64,000 bases of DNA from Candidatus Geocrenenecus huangii (GTDB lineage Archaea; Thermoproteota; Nitrososphaeria_A; Caldarchaeales; Wolframiiraptoraceae), in contig JALNLM010000006.1 of NCBI GenBank assembly GCA_023254095.1, positions 1-64,000 on the forward strand. The letters run 5' to 3'. Positions 48,095 to 57,751 of this stretch are shown here, piece by piece (the stretch's first letter is position 1; the number at the start of each line of letters is the position of its first letter). The translations under genes were made by a program, and so were the position numbers. Below the pieces are notes generated by a model. That model searched no databases and was not told the origin of the DNA. It saw only the letters and a list, made by a program, of their open reading frames with translations.

Positions 48095-49479
48095 GGAAAA
48101 TGGTGGACTTAGCTAAGACGAGTATTAGAGGAATCCATCGAGAGGTAAGAAGCTTGAGGATAAAGCCTACAAAGATCATTGAAGAGTGTTTGAGGAGAAT
48201 CCATAGATTAAATGACGCGTTAAGAATCTTCATACACCTGTCGGAAGAAGCAATTAAACATGCCGAGTATCTTGAGAAGGAGCTGGAAGAAGGAAAATGT
48301 AGAAGCGAGCTACATGGATTACCTATAGCTGTAAAAGATGCTTTCTATACTTATGATATGCCGACGACGGGCGGGTCAATAATACTAAAAGACTACAAAC
48401 CACCTAAAGATGCAGAAGTAGTCCGTAAATTAAGAGATGCTGGAGCAATCATAATAGGGAAAACCAATATGCATGAATTCGCTTTCGGTGTAACGAACAA
48501 GAATCCACACTACGGAGTTACTAGGAACCCGTGGAGTATAGATAGAATAAGTGGAGGATCAAGTGGAGGCTCAGCTGTAGCGGTCTCCGTAGGAGTATGT
48601 ATCGGAGGTCTCGGAACAGATACGGCAGGCTCTATCAGGATACCTTCAGCACTCTGCGGTGTAGTGGGATATAAACCATCCAACGGTCTTCTAAGTCTTG
48701 ACGGGGTAATACCGCTATCCCACTCTCTGGATACAGTCGGTCCAATAGTGAAGACGGTAGACGACGTGTCAATCACGTTGAATATTATGACAGGCAAGGT
48801 ATTAACATCCCAGGAACGAGTAAGTGAATATGAAGATAGAGAGCTGAGACTTGGATTACCTAGAAAACTCATTGAAGAATGGGTTTCTGATGAGGTCGAA
48901 GAAGTATTCTGGAGATCTATTGGCAAAATTACTTCGAGGTCTAATTGTAGGATTGTTGATATAGAGATTGAATGGTTTAAGACTATCTCTGATGCAAGAT
49001 ATATTATAGTGCTTTCTGAGTCTGCGGCATTCCATCTAAAGTGGCTTAGGAATAGGTGGAGCGAATATGATCCAGATGTTAGAGATAGGATATTGGGAGG
49101 CTTATTCATAACTGCGCCAGTGTATATTCAAGCTCAAATGATTAGGAAATCTTTAAAGAGGAAATTCCTAAAGATGATGAAGAACCTGGATGCGGTAATT
49201 CTACCAACTGTTCCTATTGAGGCACCCAGAGTAGAAGATGAAGAACTAATCGTAAAGAATAAGAAGATAGGTGTTAGACGTGCATTACTCTTCTTGACGG
49301 AGTGCTTCAACTCTCTAGGAACGCCAGCGATAACTATTCCCTGCGGGTTAACAAAAGGCAATCTACCAGTAGGATTACAAATAGCAACTAAACCATACGA
49401 AGATACTCAACTTCTAGAGATAGCGGAAAGATTCGAAGGGGTGCTTGGGAGGCTACCCGAGCCCCCGATAATCCGCTAA
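48091..49479 (+). CDS. Amidase-signature family enzyme (GatA/AtzE-like; start probably 48100)
   Basis: LHGLPIAVKD, GKTNMHEFAFG, GGSSGGSA, GTDTAGSIRIPS, LPVGLQI. Confidence 0.93.
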   Translation: MRKMVDLAKTSIRGIHREVRSLRIKPTKIIEECLRRIHRLNDALRIFIHLSEEAIKHAEYLEKELEEGKCRSELHGLPIAVKDAFYTYDMPTTGGSIILKDYKPPKDAEVVRKLRDAGAIIIGKTNMHEFAFGVTNKNPHYGVTRNPWSIDRISGGSSGGSAVAVSVGVCIGGLGTDTAGSIRIPSALCGVVGYKPSNGLLSLDGVIPLSHSLDTVGPIVKTVDDVSITLNIMTGKVLTSQERVSEYEDRELRLGLPRKLIEEWVSDEVEEVFWRSIGKITSRSNCRIVDIEIEWFKTISDARYIIVLSESAAFHLKWLRNRWSEYDPDVRDRILGGLFITAPVYIQAQMIRKSLKRKFLKMMKNLDAVILPTVPIEAPRVEDEELIVKNKKIGVRRALLFLTECFNSLGTPAITIPCGLTKGNLPVGLQIATKPYEDTQLLEIAERFEGVLGRLPEPPIIR

Positions 49480-49502
49480 TAAATAACCATGTATGTGGAC
49501 AA

Positions 49503-50108
49503 ATGGGAGTAGAGATATCATGCTTATATATTCGAGAGGTTAGGCTCAAGATAATGGTTGAGCTCCCACCAGGGCAGATGACTGCAAAAAGATGGAATAT
49601 CTACGGTGCTTTAGGCACCCCTAAAGTAAACATAGATAACTGGCGTTTGAAAATCTCTGGATGCGTACACAACCCAATTGAACTTACCTACCAAGATCTT
49701 CTATCTCTAGAACAGACTAAAGTCAGAGGAGGTTTTCACTGCGTTGAGGGTTGGAGTATAATAGACGTATTGTGGGAAGGCGTAAAGATTAAGACTATCG
49801 CTGAGAAAGTATCATATCTCCAAGATTCTAAGTGGATGATCTTTAGAGGTGTTGAAGGATACTCTGCACCCGTACCAGTCGAATATGCTCTAAGCGAAGA
49901 CTCTATCATAGCCATAAAGATGAACGGTAGACCTCTACCACTTGAGCATGGTTTTCCAGCACGTCCAATAATTCCAAGACTATATGCATGGAAGAGTGTA
50001 AAATGGTTGACGGAGATAGTCTTCAATCAAACATACGTTGATGGATACTGGGAGGCAAGAGGCTACCATCCAAGAGGAGATGTATGGCTAGAAGAAAGAA
50101 GAAAATAA
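49503..50108 (+). CDS. Sulfite-oxidase-like molybdopterin-dependent oxidoreductase (start probably ~49554)
   Basis: LPPGQ, FHCVEGWS, WEGV, HGFPAR, YAWKSVKWL, GYWEARGYH. Confidence 0.9.
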   Translation: MGVEISCLYIREVRLKIMVELPPGQMTAKRWNIYGALGTPKVNIDNWRLKISGCVHNPIELTYQDLLSLEQTKVRGGFHCVEGWSIIDVLWEGVKIKTIAEKVSYLQDSKWMIFRGVEGYSAPVPVEYALSEDSIIAIKMNGRPLPLEHGFPARPIIPRLYAWKSVKWLTEIVFNQTYVDGYWEARGYHPRGDVWLEERRK

Positions 50109-50519
50109 CCTAAAAAACTTCTCGGCTGATAAACCATTCGAAACTCTACAACTTACATTCAGGCTTCTTTCTCAAATCATCTTACGAGTTTAACCTTCAT
50201 AACGCTTAGGCCTCATGTAAGTGCAGATTATACCGCGTCTTCGGGCCTCTATACTTCTTAATTCTATCAGGGAATAGTGATAGAGGAACTTCCATTATAC
50301 AGTTTAGAAATAGTAGTAGGTCAGTATTCCTTAAGCGTTTCGTCGTTATTTGAGATTGGCGGGATTTCTATCTATTCGGCTCTGAAAGTGTATACGTCTT
50401 TGAATATTTAGAATTTGTATAGTTTGGAGTAATGTAGGGTTGGGCCAAGGATATGATTGTAACTATCAGCGCTATCTCTATTTTAAAGATGCTGATAGGC
50501 GAATACAGAAAAATAAATA

Positions 50520-50780
50520 TTGTGGGACTTATACTCATTCATTGTCTTGAGCTCTCGCAAAGTTGATAGACCGAAATTAGTAGACCATAGACATTGCAAG
50601 ATTTGTGCTAGAGCAATCCCTCCAGGTGAGGAATTTTGTTCAGATAAGTGTAGGCAGGTTTTCGAAGATTATAAGAAGAGAGAGAAAAGAGGCCGTTACC
50701 TATTCTACATAGTATACGGGATACTGATGGTGGCACTGCTACTCCTCTTCATCTTAAGACCACTACCATCTCCAGCCTAA
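50520..50780 (+). CDS. DUF2116-like Zn-ribbon membrane protein
   Basis: HRHCKICARAIPP..EFCSDKC plus C-terminal TM. Confidence 0.85.
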   Translation: MWDLYSFIVLSSRKVDRPKLVDHRHCKICARAIPPGEEFCSDKCRQVFEDYKKREKRGRYLFYIVYGILMVALLLLFILRPLPSPA

Positions 50781-51304
50781 TATGGTCTATCCTTAAGACG
50801 TAAGAAATATGCTATATAATTGGTAGACAAATGTAGGAAGAACGTTATTACTAGTAGGGCAGCGAAAGTGTCTAGGCTAGCCCATGCGGGTAAACCGTAG
50901 AGTATGTACGAGAAGAATAATGAAGATATTAGGAAGCCTAATTGATCTAGTGGGGGGAGCGGTCTCCCCCTCTCTAACCCGATTCTTCTTTTTACGAAAG
51001 ATCCCAAGATGTCTCCGATCATGGCTCCTATACTCAATACCAGTGGCTGGAATACGTTGCGGAAAATATCCATCAAAAAATATATTGGTATACCTGATAA
51101 TGCTCCAACGAGAATTCCAGATATAAGTCCTTCAACTGTTTTACCATCTCCTAAGATCCGTTTATTATCCCAAGCATACATTCCCCTATCCAGCGGTGTT
51201 GACCTACCGATAATTTTCACCGAGATAACGGGCGTAGCATTTGCTATATAGGCAGGTAGAACAAAGATCATCGCCTCTAACAGACGACTATAGAATTCTA
51301 TCAA
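50777..51304 (-). CDS. carS: CDP-archaeol synthase
   Basis: PAYIANATP, PLD, GDGKTVEG, GDILGSFVKRR, PLDQL, H-x3-N...LK. Confidence 0.95.
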   Translation of the reverse strand: MIEFYSRLLEAMIFVLPAYIANATPVISVKIIGRSTPLDRGMYAWDNKRILGDGKTVEGLISGILVGALSGIPIYFLMDIFRNVFQPLVLSIGAMIGDILGSFVKRRIGLERGRPLPPLDQLGFLISSLFFSYILYGLPAWASLDTFAALLVITFFLHLSTNYIAYFLRLKDRPY

Positions 51305-51446
51305 TCCAATAGACAGAAGTCAATCTCTAATTTTAGTGTTTTCCGAAATTTCCTAAATTGTTAACTAACTACTAAATGTCATATATGTGTCCTACTATGA
51401 TGTAAAGACTTAATTAGGGATTTATACTGTTAGAAATGATGGGACT

Positions 51447-51878
51447 ATGCACCTGTTTAAAGATTACGAGATAGACTTCATAAGTAAGGCTAGAGTTATG
51501 AGGTTTGCTTCTATTACTGAGGAGAACTACCCCCACGTTGTTCCATTATGCCATGTTTACTATAATGGATGCATATATGCTGTTACAGACTATGGTACAA
51601 AGAAGCTTGAAAACATAAAACATAATAACCGTGTAGCGGTAATCATCGATGAGTATTATGAGCCTTGGGGAAAGAATAAAGGAATCATGATTCAGGGTAA
51701 AGCAGAGATACTTGAAGGTGGTGATGAGTTTAAGAAGGTGGCGGAACTTCTTACAAAAAAGTTTCCATACTATAAGGATGAGCCATATGGTCCAATAATT
51801 GAAGGAGAGGCTCCGATCGTAAAGATTATCCCTGAGAAAGCAGTTAGCTGGGGGTTGAAACCAAAACGAAGAAGATAG
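51447..51878 (+). CDS. Pyridoxamine-5'-phosphate-oxidase-like split-barrel protein
   Basis: PHVVPL, KKLENIKHNNRVAVIID, GIMIQGKA, SWG. Confidence 0.85.
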   Translation: MHLFKDYEIDFISKARVMRFASITEENYPHVVPLCHVYYNGCIYAVTDYGTKKLENIKHNNRVAVIIDEYYEPWGKNKGIMIQGKAEILEGGDEFKKVAELLTKKFPYYKDEPYGPIIEGEAPIVKIIPEKAVSWGLKPKRRR

Positions 51879-51972
51879 AATCTTCAGGTATCTCTCTGGA
51901 GAATACCTGCTGAATAACCTGAGAAACTATTATGGGAAGGTTTATCATATCGTATAACGAGCAGAAGTAAGG

Positions 51973-52542
51973 ATGTGGACATTATTTAAGAAGAAGAAAG
52001 ACGTTAAGGTTGTTCAACCATTGTCTAAAAAGATAGATGATGCAGTAGCTAGGCTAGAAGTTGTTAGGAATAGACTAAATAATAGAGTTAAAGTTCTCGA
52101 AGCGAGGAGTAAGGAGATCTTTGAAGCCGTAGTCAAGGCACAAGCGGAAAGAGATAAGGATAGAGCAGTATTATATGCTAATGAGTTAGCGGAATTAAGA
52201 AAAATGCTTAGAAAAGCAATACATAGCGAGTTATCATTAATGGGTGTAGTTCATAGACTACAAACAGTCAGAGACTTTGACGAACTAGCAGATGTCCTCG
52301 CCCCACTTAGAGAGATCTTGATCCAAGTCAGCGGAGACGTCAGGGGAGTAGCACCCGAGCTATCTGAAAACCTAAGAAACATTACAGATACATTTGATGA
52401 GGTATCAGTAGAGCTTGGAACATTCCCCGAGATAGTTGGCGCAGGTCCATCGGTCAGCGATGAGGCGGAAAAGATACTGGCTGAAGCTAGCGCAATCGCT
52501 GCTGAGAGATCGAAATCAAAGTTAAGCGAAGTAGAAATCTAG
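51973..52542 (+). CDS. ESCRT-III/CdvB paralogue (Snf7 family)
   Basis: Helical hairpin, RAVLYANELAELRK, RLQTV, EAEKILAEA C-terminal helix. Confidence 0.85.
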   Translation: MWTLFKKKKDVKVVQPLSKKIDDAVARLEVVRNRLNNRVKVLEARSKEIFEAVVKAQAERDKDRAVLYANELAELRKMLRKAIHSELSLMGVVHRLQTVRDFDELADVLAPLREILIQVSGDVRGVAPELSENLRNITDTFDEVSVELGTFPEIVGAGPSVSDEAEKILAEASAIAAERSKSKLSEVEI

Positions 52543-53180
52543 CAGCCAACTTCATTAATCTTTTTTCTGGCTAATCTATCAGCTAACTCTAGAGGCTTCG
52601 GGTAACCTCCCATAATATTGATTATCTCAGGGATCTCTTCTACCCTAACCTTATATCCTGGGCTGGCATAGAATCTTCTCTTATTTTTAAACCAGAAACC
52701 CAGTATCCTCCCCTCGAGATATACTGGCCCCTTACATCCTTCCCCTGCCTCCTCTCCAACTAGAAGTTTCTTAGCTAAACCCAAAGTTGGTTTATCGAGT
52801 ATGAATCCTACAATTACGGCTAATCCAGCCTTTCTAGGATGAAGTATGCCGTGGCCATCCACTACAAGTAGATCCCATATGTGCTCTCTGCTTATCTTTT
52901 CAACGACCTCGATAATTGAGGGGGCCTCCCTCATAAATAATAGACCAGGAATATACTCATAGGTAGGTTTACTCAATACTTGAGCTACAGAGATGATCTC
53001 TTCACTTTTTAGACTCCACAAAACGCCTACTGTAATCATTAATTCTCCTTTATATGCTGAATCAACGGCTAAAACGGTCTCGACTCTATGAGCATCTAAA
53101 CCTGACGATAAATCTATGCTTCTAGATATAGCTATCTGCAATTTCTCTAGGAACTTGTTAAGTAGAAAAGCCGACTCCAT
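52539..53180 (-). CDS. nfi: Endonuclease V
   Basis: AVDSAY, YIPGLLFMRE, VDGHGILHPRKAGLA, GLAKK, SPG, PKPLELAD. Confidence 0.93.
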   Translation of the reverse strand: MESAFLLNKFLEKLQIAISRSIDLSSGLDAHRVETVLAVDSAYKGELMITVGVLWSLKSEEIISVAQVLSKPTYEYIPGLLFMREAPSIIEVVEKISREHIWDLLVVDGHGILHPRKAGLAVIVGFILDKPTLGLAKKLLVGEEAGEGCKGPVYLEGRILGFWFKNKRRFYASPGYKVRVEEIPEIINIMGGYPKPLELADRLARKKINEVGC

Positions 53181-53290
53181 GTAGTTTTCATCCCCGGCAT
53201 CTATGGAGAGATTAAAACTTCAACCTAGATTAACTTATACTAGTGGATAAATATTGTTTTTAAGCTAGGTTGAGCTAGTTACTAAATAGA

Positions 53291-54292
53291 ATGTATAGGA
53301 TCGACTTCGAAAAGCTTGATGAATGGATAAGAGAAAACAATATACAGAAGGTATTGATACAGGCACCTCTAGGTCTTAGATTGCAGCTTCCACTAATTGT
53401 AAAGTATTTGAGAGAAAAGAAGATCAAACCGATAATCTCCACAGGGAAATGTTGGGGTGCATGCGATGTAGCTTACATGGAAGCGAAGGCGATTGGAGCC
53501 GACGGCATTATACATATGGGGCATGCGGGATTCGCAAATAACGGTGAGTTACCGGTATTTTATATGGAGTGTAGAATCACAGACCCTAAACCATTGCTAG
53601 ATATAGTTGACAAGATTCCAGAAGCAATTGGAGAAAAGAAGACAGTAGGTATCGGAGCAACGATACAGTGGATCGATTTTCTAGACTTATTCTTGGAGAA
53701 GCTTGAAGAAAAAGGTGTTAAGTGTGTAATAGGTAGGAGAAGCCACAAGACGCCTTATAGGGGGCAAGTAGTTGGATGCGAATACGCCTGTCTATGGAGT
53801 ATAATCGACGAGATTGATTGTTCAATAATCATTGGTAGTAGGTTCCATGGAGTTGGAGCTTCAATAACTACTCCTAAACCTGTATACGTAGTAGACCCTG
53901 AAATGAAGAGACTATATGAAGTTAACTCTGAAGCGGAAGAAATCTTGAAACGTAGATATGCTTGGATACAAGTATTTAAGAACTCGAATAGAATAGGCGT
54001 ATTAATTAGTACAAAGCCAGGGCAGAAGAAGTTCAGTACAGCCGTTAAATTAAAGAGTATTCTTGAAGAATGCGGCAAAGAAGCTGATCTTTTAACTGTT
54101 GATGAATTAAACGTTGACCAGCTCGATAACCTACCATATGAAGCGTATGTTAATACGGCGTGCCCTAGGCTCTCCATAGAAGACCAGATGAAATTCCGAA
54201 GTCCTCTACTCCTCCCATCTGAAACGCTCATAGCATGTGGAAGACTAAGATGGGAGAATACAATTTATTGTAGGAAGTATCTTATAACTTAG
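53291..54292 (+). CDS. dph2: Diphthamide biosynthesis enzyme Dph2
   Basis: QAPLG, WGACD, HMGH, GQVVGC, KPGQ, TACPR. Confidence 0.93.
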   Translation: MYRIDFEKLDEWIRENNIQKVLIQAPLGLRLQLPLIVKYLREKKIKPIISTGKCWGACDVAYMEAKAIGADGIIHMGHAGFANNGELPVFYMECRITDPKPLLDIVDKIPEAIGEKKTVGIGATIQWIDFLDLFLEKLEEKGVKCVIGRRSHKTPYRGQVVGCEYACLWSIIDEIDCSIIIGSRFHGVGASITTPKPVYVVDPEMKRLYEVNSEAEEILKRRYAWIQVFKNSNRIGVLISTKPGQKKFSTAVKLKSILEECGKEADLLTVDELNVDQLDNLPYEAYVNTACPRLSIEDQMKFRSPLLLPSETLIACGRLRWENTIYCRKYLIT

Positions 54293-54304
54293 TGAGATAG
54301 GGGA

Positions 54305-54895
54305 ATGGTTTACGTAGAAGATGGCGGGTTCGTGATGCCGGGTCAAGAGATCTGTGTTGCCGAGGAATATCTGCCAGGATTAAACGTCAGGAATACGAAA
54401 GACAACATAATCGTCTCGATGAAGACTGGTTTTGTTAAATACAATAGAGAAAAGAGAACAGTTAATGTTCACCCAGTAAAAATCGTGGAGAACCTAAATC
54501 TGGGAGATAAGATTCTCGCTTTAGTTAGAGAGGTTCAGGAAAAAATAGCAGTAGTCGAGATACTTGCGGTCAACATGAAACCAATAAAGCATAGAAGAGT
54601 CGCAGTTATTCTTCCTCCCGTAAAGGCGAAACAAGACATCAGTGAATGTATAGGAGTAGGAGACCTGGTAATCGCAGAGATAGTTACATTATTCTCTGGC
54701 GTAATCGGCTTAAGCATATGGAAGAATGATCTAGGGTCAGTTATAGCAATATGTAGCAGATGTGGAAGTCCATTAAAGAGGAAGGATAGAATACTAGTCT
54801 GCTTTAAATGTGGAAGTAAAGAAAAACGTAAACTAGCATACTATGATCCAGCGGTTCTTGATAGATGGATTCTAAGTAAGAGCCCCACCGGATAG
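54305..54895 (+). CDS. csl4: Exosome RNA-binding protein Csl4
   Basis: VMPGQ...EEYLPG, S1 domain, LGSVIAICSRCG...CFKCG...RKLA zinc ribbon. Confidence 0.92.
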   Translation: MVYVEDGGFVMPGQEICVAEEYLPGLNVRNTKDNIIVSMKTGFVKYNREKRTVNVHPVKIVENLNLGDKILALVREVQEKIAVVEILAVNMKPIKHRRVAVILPPVKAKQDISECIGVGDLVIAEIVTLFSGVIGLSIWKNDLGSVIAICSRCGSPLKRKDRILVCFKCGSKEKRKLAYYDPAVLDRWILSKSPTG

Positions 54896-55050
54896 ACGAG
54901 GTACTTGCCTAGAACAATCTAGGATTTAGTAATCGTATGTTCAAACAGAAAAAGACGGCTATTCAGTCATTGGGAGCGCCCTTAGAATAGTTAAAATCAA
55001 GCATTATCGATGTATTTATATTGAGTTGAGAATGATAAGAGGGGACTGAA

Positions 55051-55326
55051 ATGGAGTTAAAGATAGTTAGTATAAGAGATGACTTTATAGAGTTAGAGGT
55101 TCTAAATGAAGATCCATCGATTCTCGATTCGTTAGCTGAGATTCTCGAGAAGATAGAGGGAGTAGAATATTCAGGAATAATCATAGAACATCCATTAACA
55201 AACAAAACTATATTAAGGATAAGAACGAATAAAGAGAAAATATGTGCGAGAGATGCATTGGTTAGCGCTGTCGAGCTTCTCTCCTCGATTGCGAACGAGC
55301 TTGTAGAGAAAGTAAAACAATTCTGA
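55051..55326 (+). CDS. rpoL: RNA polymerase subunit Rpo11 (L)
   Basis: IELEVLNED, GVEYSG...EHPL...LRIRT; follows csl4 as usual in archaea. Confidence 0.88.
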   Translation: MELKIVSIRDDFIELEVLNEDPSILDSLAEILEKIEGVEYSGIIIEHPLTNKTILRIRTNKEKICARDALVSAVELLSSIANELVEKVKQF

Positions 55327-55508
55327 TAGAAAACCTTCGTATAGATAGGCCAAGGCTACTTTATGATTGTTGATATAGTTTAGAGATATGGCCATATACC
55401 TTTATGGAATGTAATAAAGGTAAGTATGAGAATTGATAGTTCAAGTCTTCCTTCTGAATGGTTTTCCGTAAATTAATATACTTACGGGAAACAAGATATT
55501 GATAGGAA

Positions 55509-56885
55509 GTGGAGGTTAGAAGACTTAGAACAGGTGTCGAAGGGCTGGACAAACTAATCCAGGGAGGTATACCTGAGGGTTTCTTCATAGCTGTAACAGG
55601 TGAACCAGGATGTGGAAAAACGATCTTCGCTATACACTTTATCTATCAGGGTGTTCTCGATAATGATAAATCGATATACGTAACAACCGAGGAAAGTAGA
55701 GAATCGATAATAAAGCAGGCTTCCCAATTCAATATGGATTTCGAGAAGGCCATCCAAGAAAATAAACTAGTAGTTATTGATGCCCTAATGGGTAGAGAAG
55801 ACAAATGGAGCTTGCAGAGCTTAGATCTCGAAGCATTGGTAGGTAGGATCATTGAAGCCAAGAGAGAACTCGGATATGGTAGAGCGAGAGTAGCGATAGA
55901 TTCCATAAGCGCATTCTGGCTCGATAAACCTGCAATGGCTAGAAGATACTCTTACTACGTTAAGAAAGTCTTATCAAAATGGAATTTTACGACTGTTGCA
56001 ATAAGCCAATATGCAATAACAACTTCTCTCCCATATGATCAACCAATACTAGTAAGGATAAGTGGGGAAGCGAGGACGGTGCAAATAGGTGATTTAGTAA
56101 ACAAGCTAATATATGGTGCATCTCCATGGAGTATGGAGGTCGCCTGTCTCGATTGGAAAGACCTTAAGATTAAATGGGCGAAACCATGCTCGGTCATCAA
56201 ACATTTGTACAGTGGATTAATCTACAAGATTAAACTACAGGATGGAAGAGAAGTCTCCGTTACGAGAGACCATAGTTTATTTGTTGTTAGGGACGGCAAA
56301 ATAAAATGTGTTCCAACAAATGAAATTCGGATAGGCGATTACCTATTGGTGCCAGCGAAGCATATTGATGAGGATAAGCGAGTCGGCAACCTTATAGGAG
56401 AACGCTTGCAACATGTGGGAGAGTACGTCTTTTCTCCTCCACGATCTACTGGTCATTTACTCGGAAACAACGGAGAACTAGGCGATGCGAAGACATTAAG
56501 AGTTGAAGACATGGATGTTAGAAATGTTCTAGGAGTAGATGTCTACGATATTTCTGTACTGGGTCTAGAAAACTTTATTGCAGGTGTAGGCGGAGTAGTC
56601 TGCCATAACTCTGAAGCATTTGGATGGGGGATAGAGCATATAGCGGATGGGATAATAAGATTTAGAAGGAGTATTAGGTCTGGAGAACTGAAAAGATATG
56701 TTCTCATAGAAAAGATGAGACAGACGAATCATAATAGATATCTACATGAGATAGACATTGTATCTGGTAAAGGACTAACCATACTAGGGCCAGTTGAGAG
56801 AAGAAGAGAAGATCTCAGTCTCCCTAAAGAGGTTTTTAAGAAGATGATTGAATCTAGGAAGAAGGCAGAAGGAGAGATTCCCTGA
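55509..56885 (+). CDS. KaiC-like ATPase (PAE1156-like family), intein-containing; 263 aa after splicing
   Basis: TGEPGCGKT, TTEES, IDSISAFWLDKPAMAR, SQYAITT|SEAFGWGIEHIADG, EKMRQTNH. Confidence 0.92.
   Translation: MEVRRLRTGVEGLDKLIQGGIPEGFFIAVTGEPGCGKTIFAIHFIYQGVLDNDKSIYVTTEESRESIIKQASQFNMDFEKAIQENKLVVIDALMGREDKWSLQSLDLEALVGRIIEAKRELGYGRARVAIDSISAFWLDKPAMARRYSYYVKKVLSKWNFTTVAISQYAITTSLPYDQPILVRISGEARTVQIGDLVNKLIYGASPWSMEVACLDWKDLKIKWAKPCSVIKHLYSGLIYKIKLQDGREVSVTRDHSLFVVRDGKIKCVPTNEIRIGDYLLVPAKHIDEDKRVGNLIGERLQHVGEYVFSPPRSTGHLLGNNGELGDAKTLRVEDMDVRNVLGVDVYDISVLGLENFIAGVGGVVCHNSEAFGWGIEHIADGIIRFRRSIRSGELKRYVLIEKMRQTNHNRYLHEIDIVSGKGLTILGPVERRREDLSLPKEVFKKMIESRKKAEGEIP
56025..56609 (+). mobile_element. 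Mini-intein (195 aa, no homing endonuclease)
   Basis: Block A SLPYDQPILV, block B VTRDHSLF, block F VYDISV, block G VCHN followed by Ser+1. Confidence 0.92.
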
Positions 56886-57751
56886 TGAGTAGGATACTGG
56901 AACACTACGTGAAGGAAGAAGTAGTGCGAGAGATAGTTGATTTTTCAGTAAATAAATGGGTTGCAATCCACTGCAGTACAACCACCGACAACCAAGAAAA
57001 AATCATGCTCAGATATTTTCCTAGAAGTAGGAGACCTCTAAGAATAGACAGTGAAGATGATTTTAGAAGACTGTTTAATCTGGTAGGAGTCTATAGGCCT
57101 AGAACGTTTTATGCCTCGATAAACGTTTACGCTAGGATAGATTCGCTCGAATACGCTTTAGATAGAATGAATATAATCGGCTCAACTCCTACTTGGGATA
57201 TAGATTCGACAGATAATGATTATAGGAAAGTTGTAGCAGCCGCACGTGAAATCTTAGACATCCTAGAAAAACTACACATCTCAAGATCTCTAATAATTAA
57301 ATGGAGTGGGAGGGGGATGCATATCCATGTTCATCCGAATGCTTTTAGCCCTGAATTATACTCGAGGATACACCCCGTGGATGTAGCATACTCGGTGACA
57401 GAGTATGTTTTAAGAAGAATTACACCCGTGGAAGGGGTAAATATTGAGAACAAAATAGATATGGGGAGAGTATTTACAACCCCTCTATCACTTCATAGAG
57501 AACTTGATAGAGTAGCTGTATGTATAAATGTAGATGAGCTTGAAGATTTTGATTTAAGCTGGACAGATATAGGTAACTTTAAACACGATAAATCATGGAG
57601 AAGACATATAACAGGTGAAGGAGATGACTTGGCAGAGAAAGCATTCGTCGAAATAGGACCATACATCTATAAGGGTGGGAGGAGAAGAATCCATAAACCA
57701 TTAGATAAACAGATTATGGAGACGTTTAATAGATTCAAGAACGTATTCTAG
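56885..57751 (+). CDS. Stand-alone archaeo-eukaryotic primase (AEP) superfamily protein
   Basis: Motif I WDID, motif II KWSGRGMHIH, motif III KID..RVFTTPLSLH; TGATG overlap with the kaiC-like gene. Confidence 0.85.
   Translation: MSRILEHYVKEEVVREIVDFSVNKWVAIHCSTTTDNQEKIMLRYFPRSRRPLRIDSEDDFRRLFNLVGVYRPRTFYASINVYARIDSLEYALDRMNIIGSTPTWDIDSTDNDYRKVVAAAREILDILEKLHISRSLIIKWSGRGMHIHVHPNAFSPELYSRIHPVDVAYSVTEYVLRRITPVEGVNIENKIDMGRVFTTPLSLHRELDRVAVCINVDELEDFDLSWTDIGNFKHDKSWRRHITGEGDDLAEKAFVEIGPYIYKGGRRRIHKPLDKQIMETFNRFKNVF

Noticed and set aside
48091-49479. Calling the amidase gatA of a GatCAB complex
   Set aside because: No gatB nearby, and HEFAFG and DTAGSIRIPS differ from the typical GatA DEFAMG and DTGGSIRQPA
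50110-50519. About 400-bp gap without an ORF
   Set aside because: Only short broken frames and no convincing RNA structure or boxes; nothing supportable
5836-56885. Circadian clock reading of the two KaiC-like genes
   Set aside because: Both are single-domain archaeal KaiC-like ATPases and there is no kaiA or kaiB in the window
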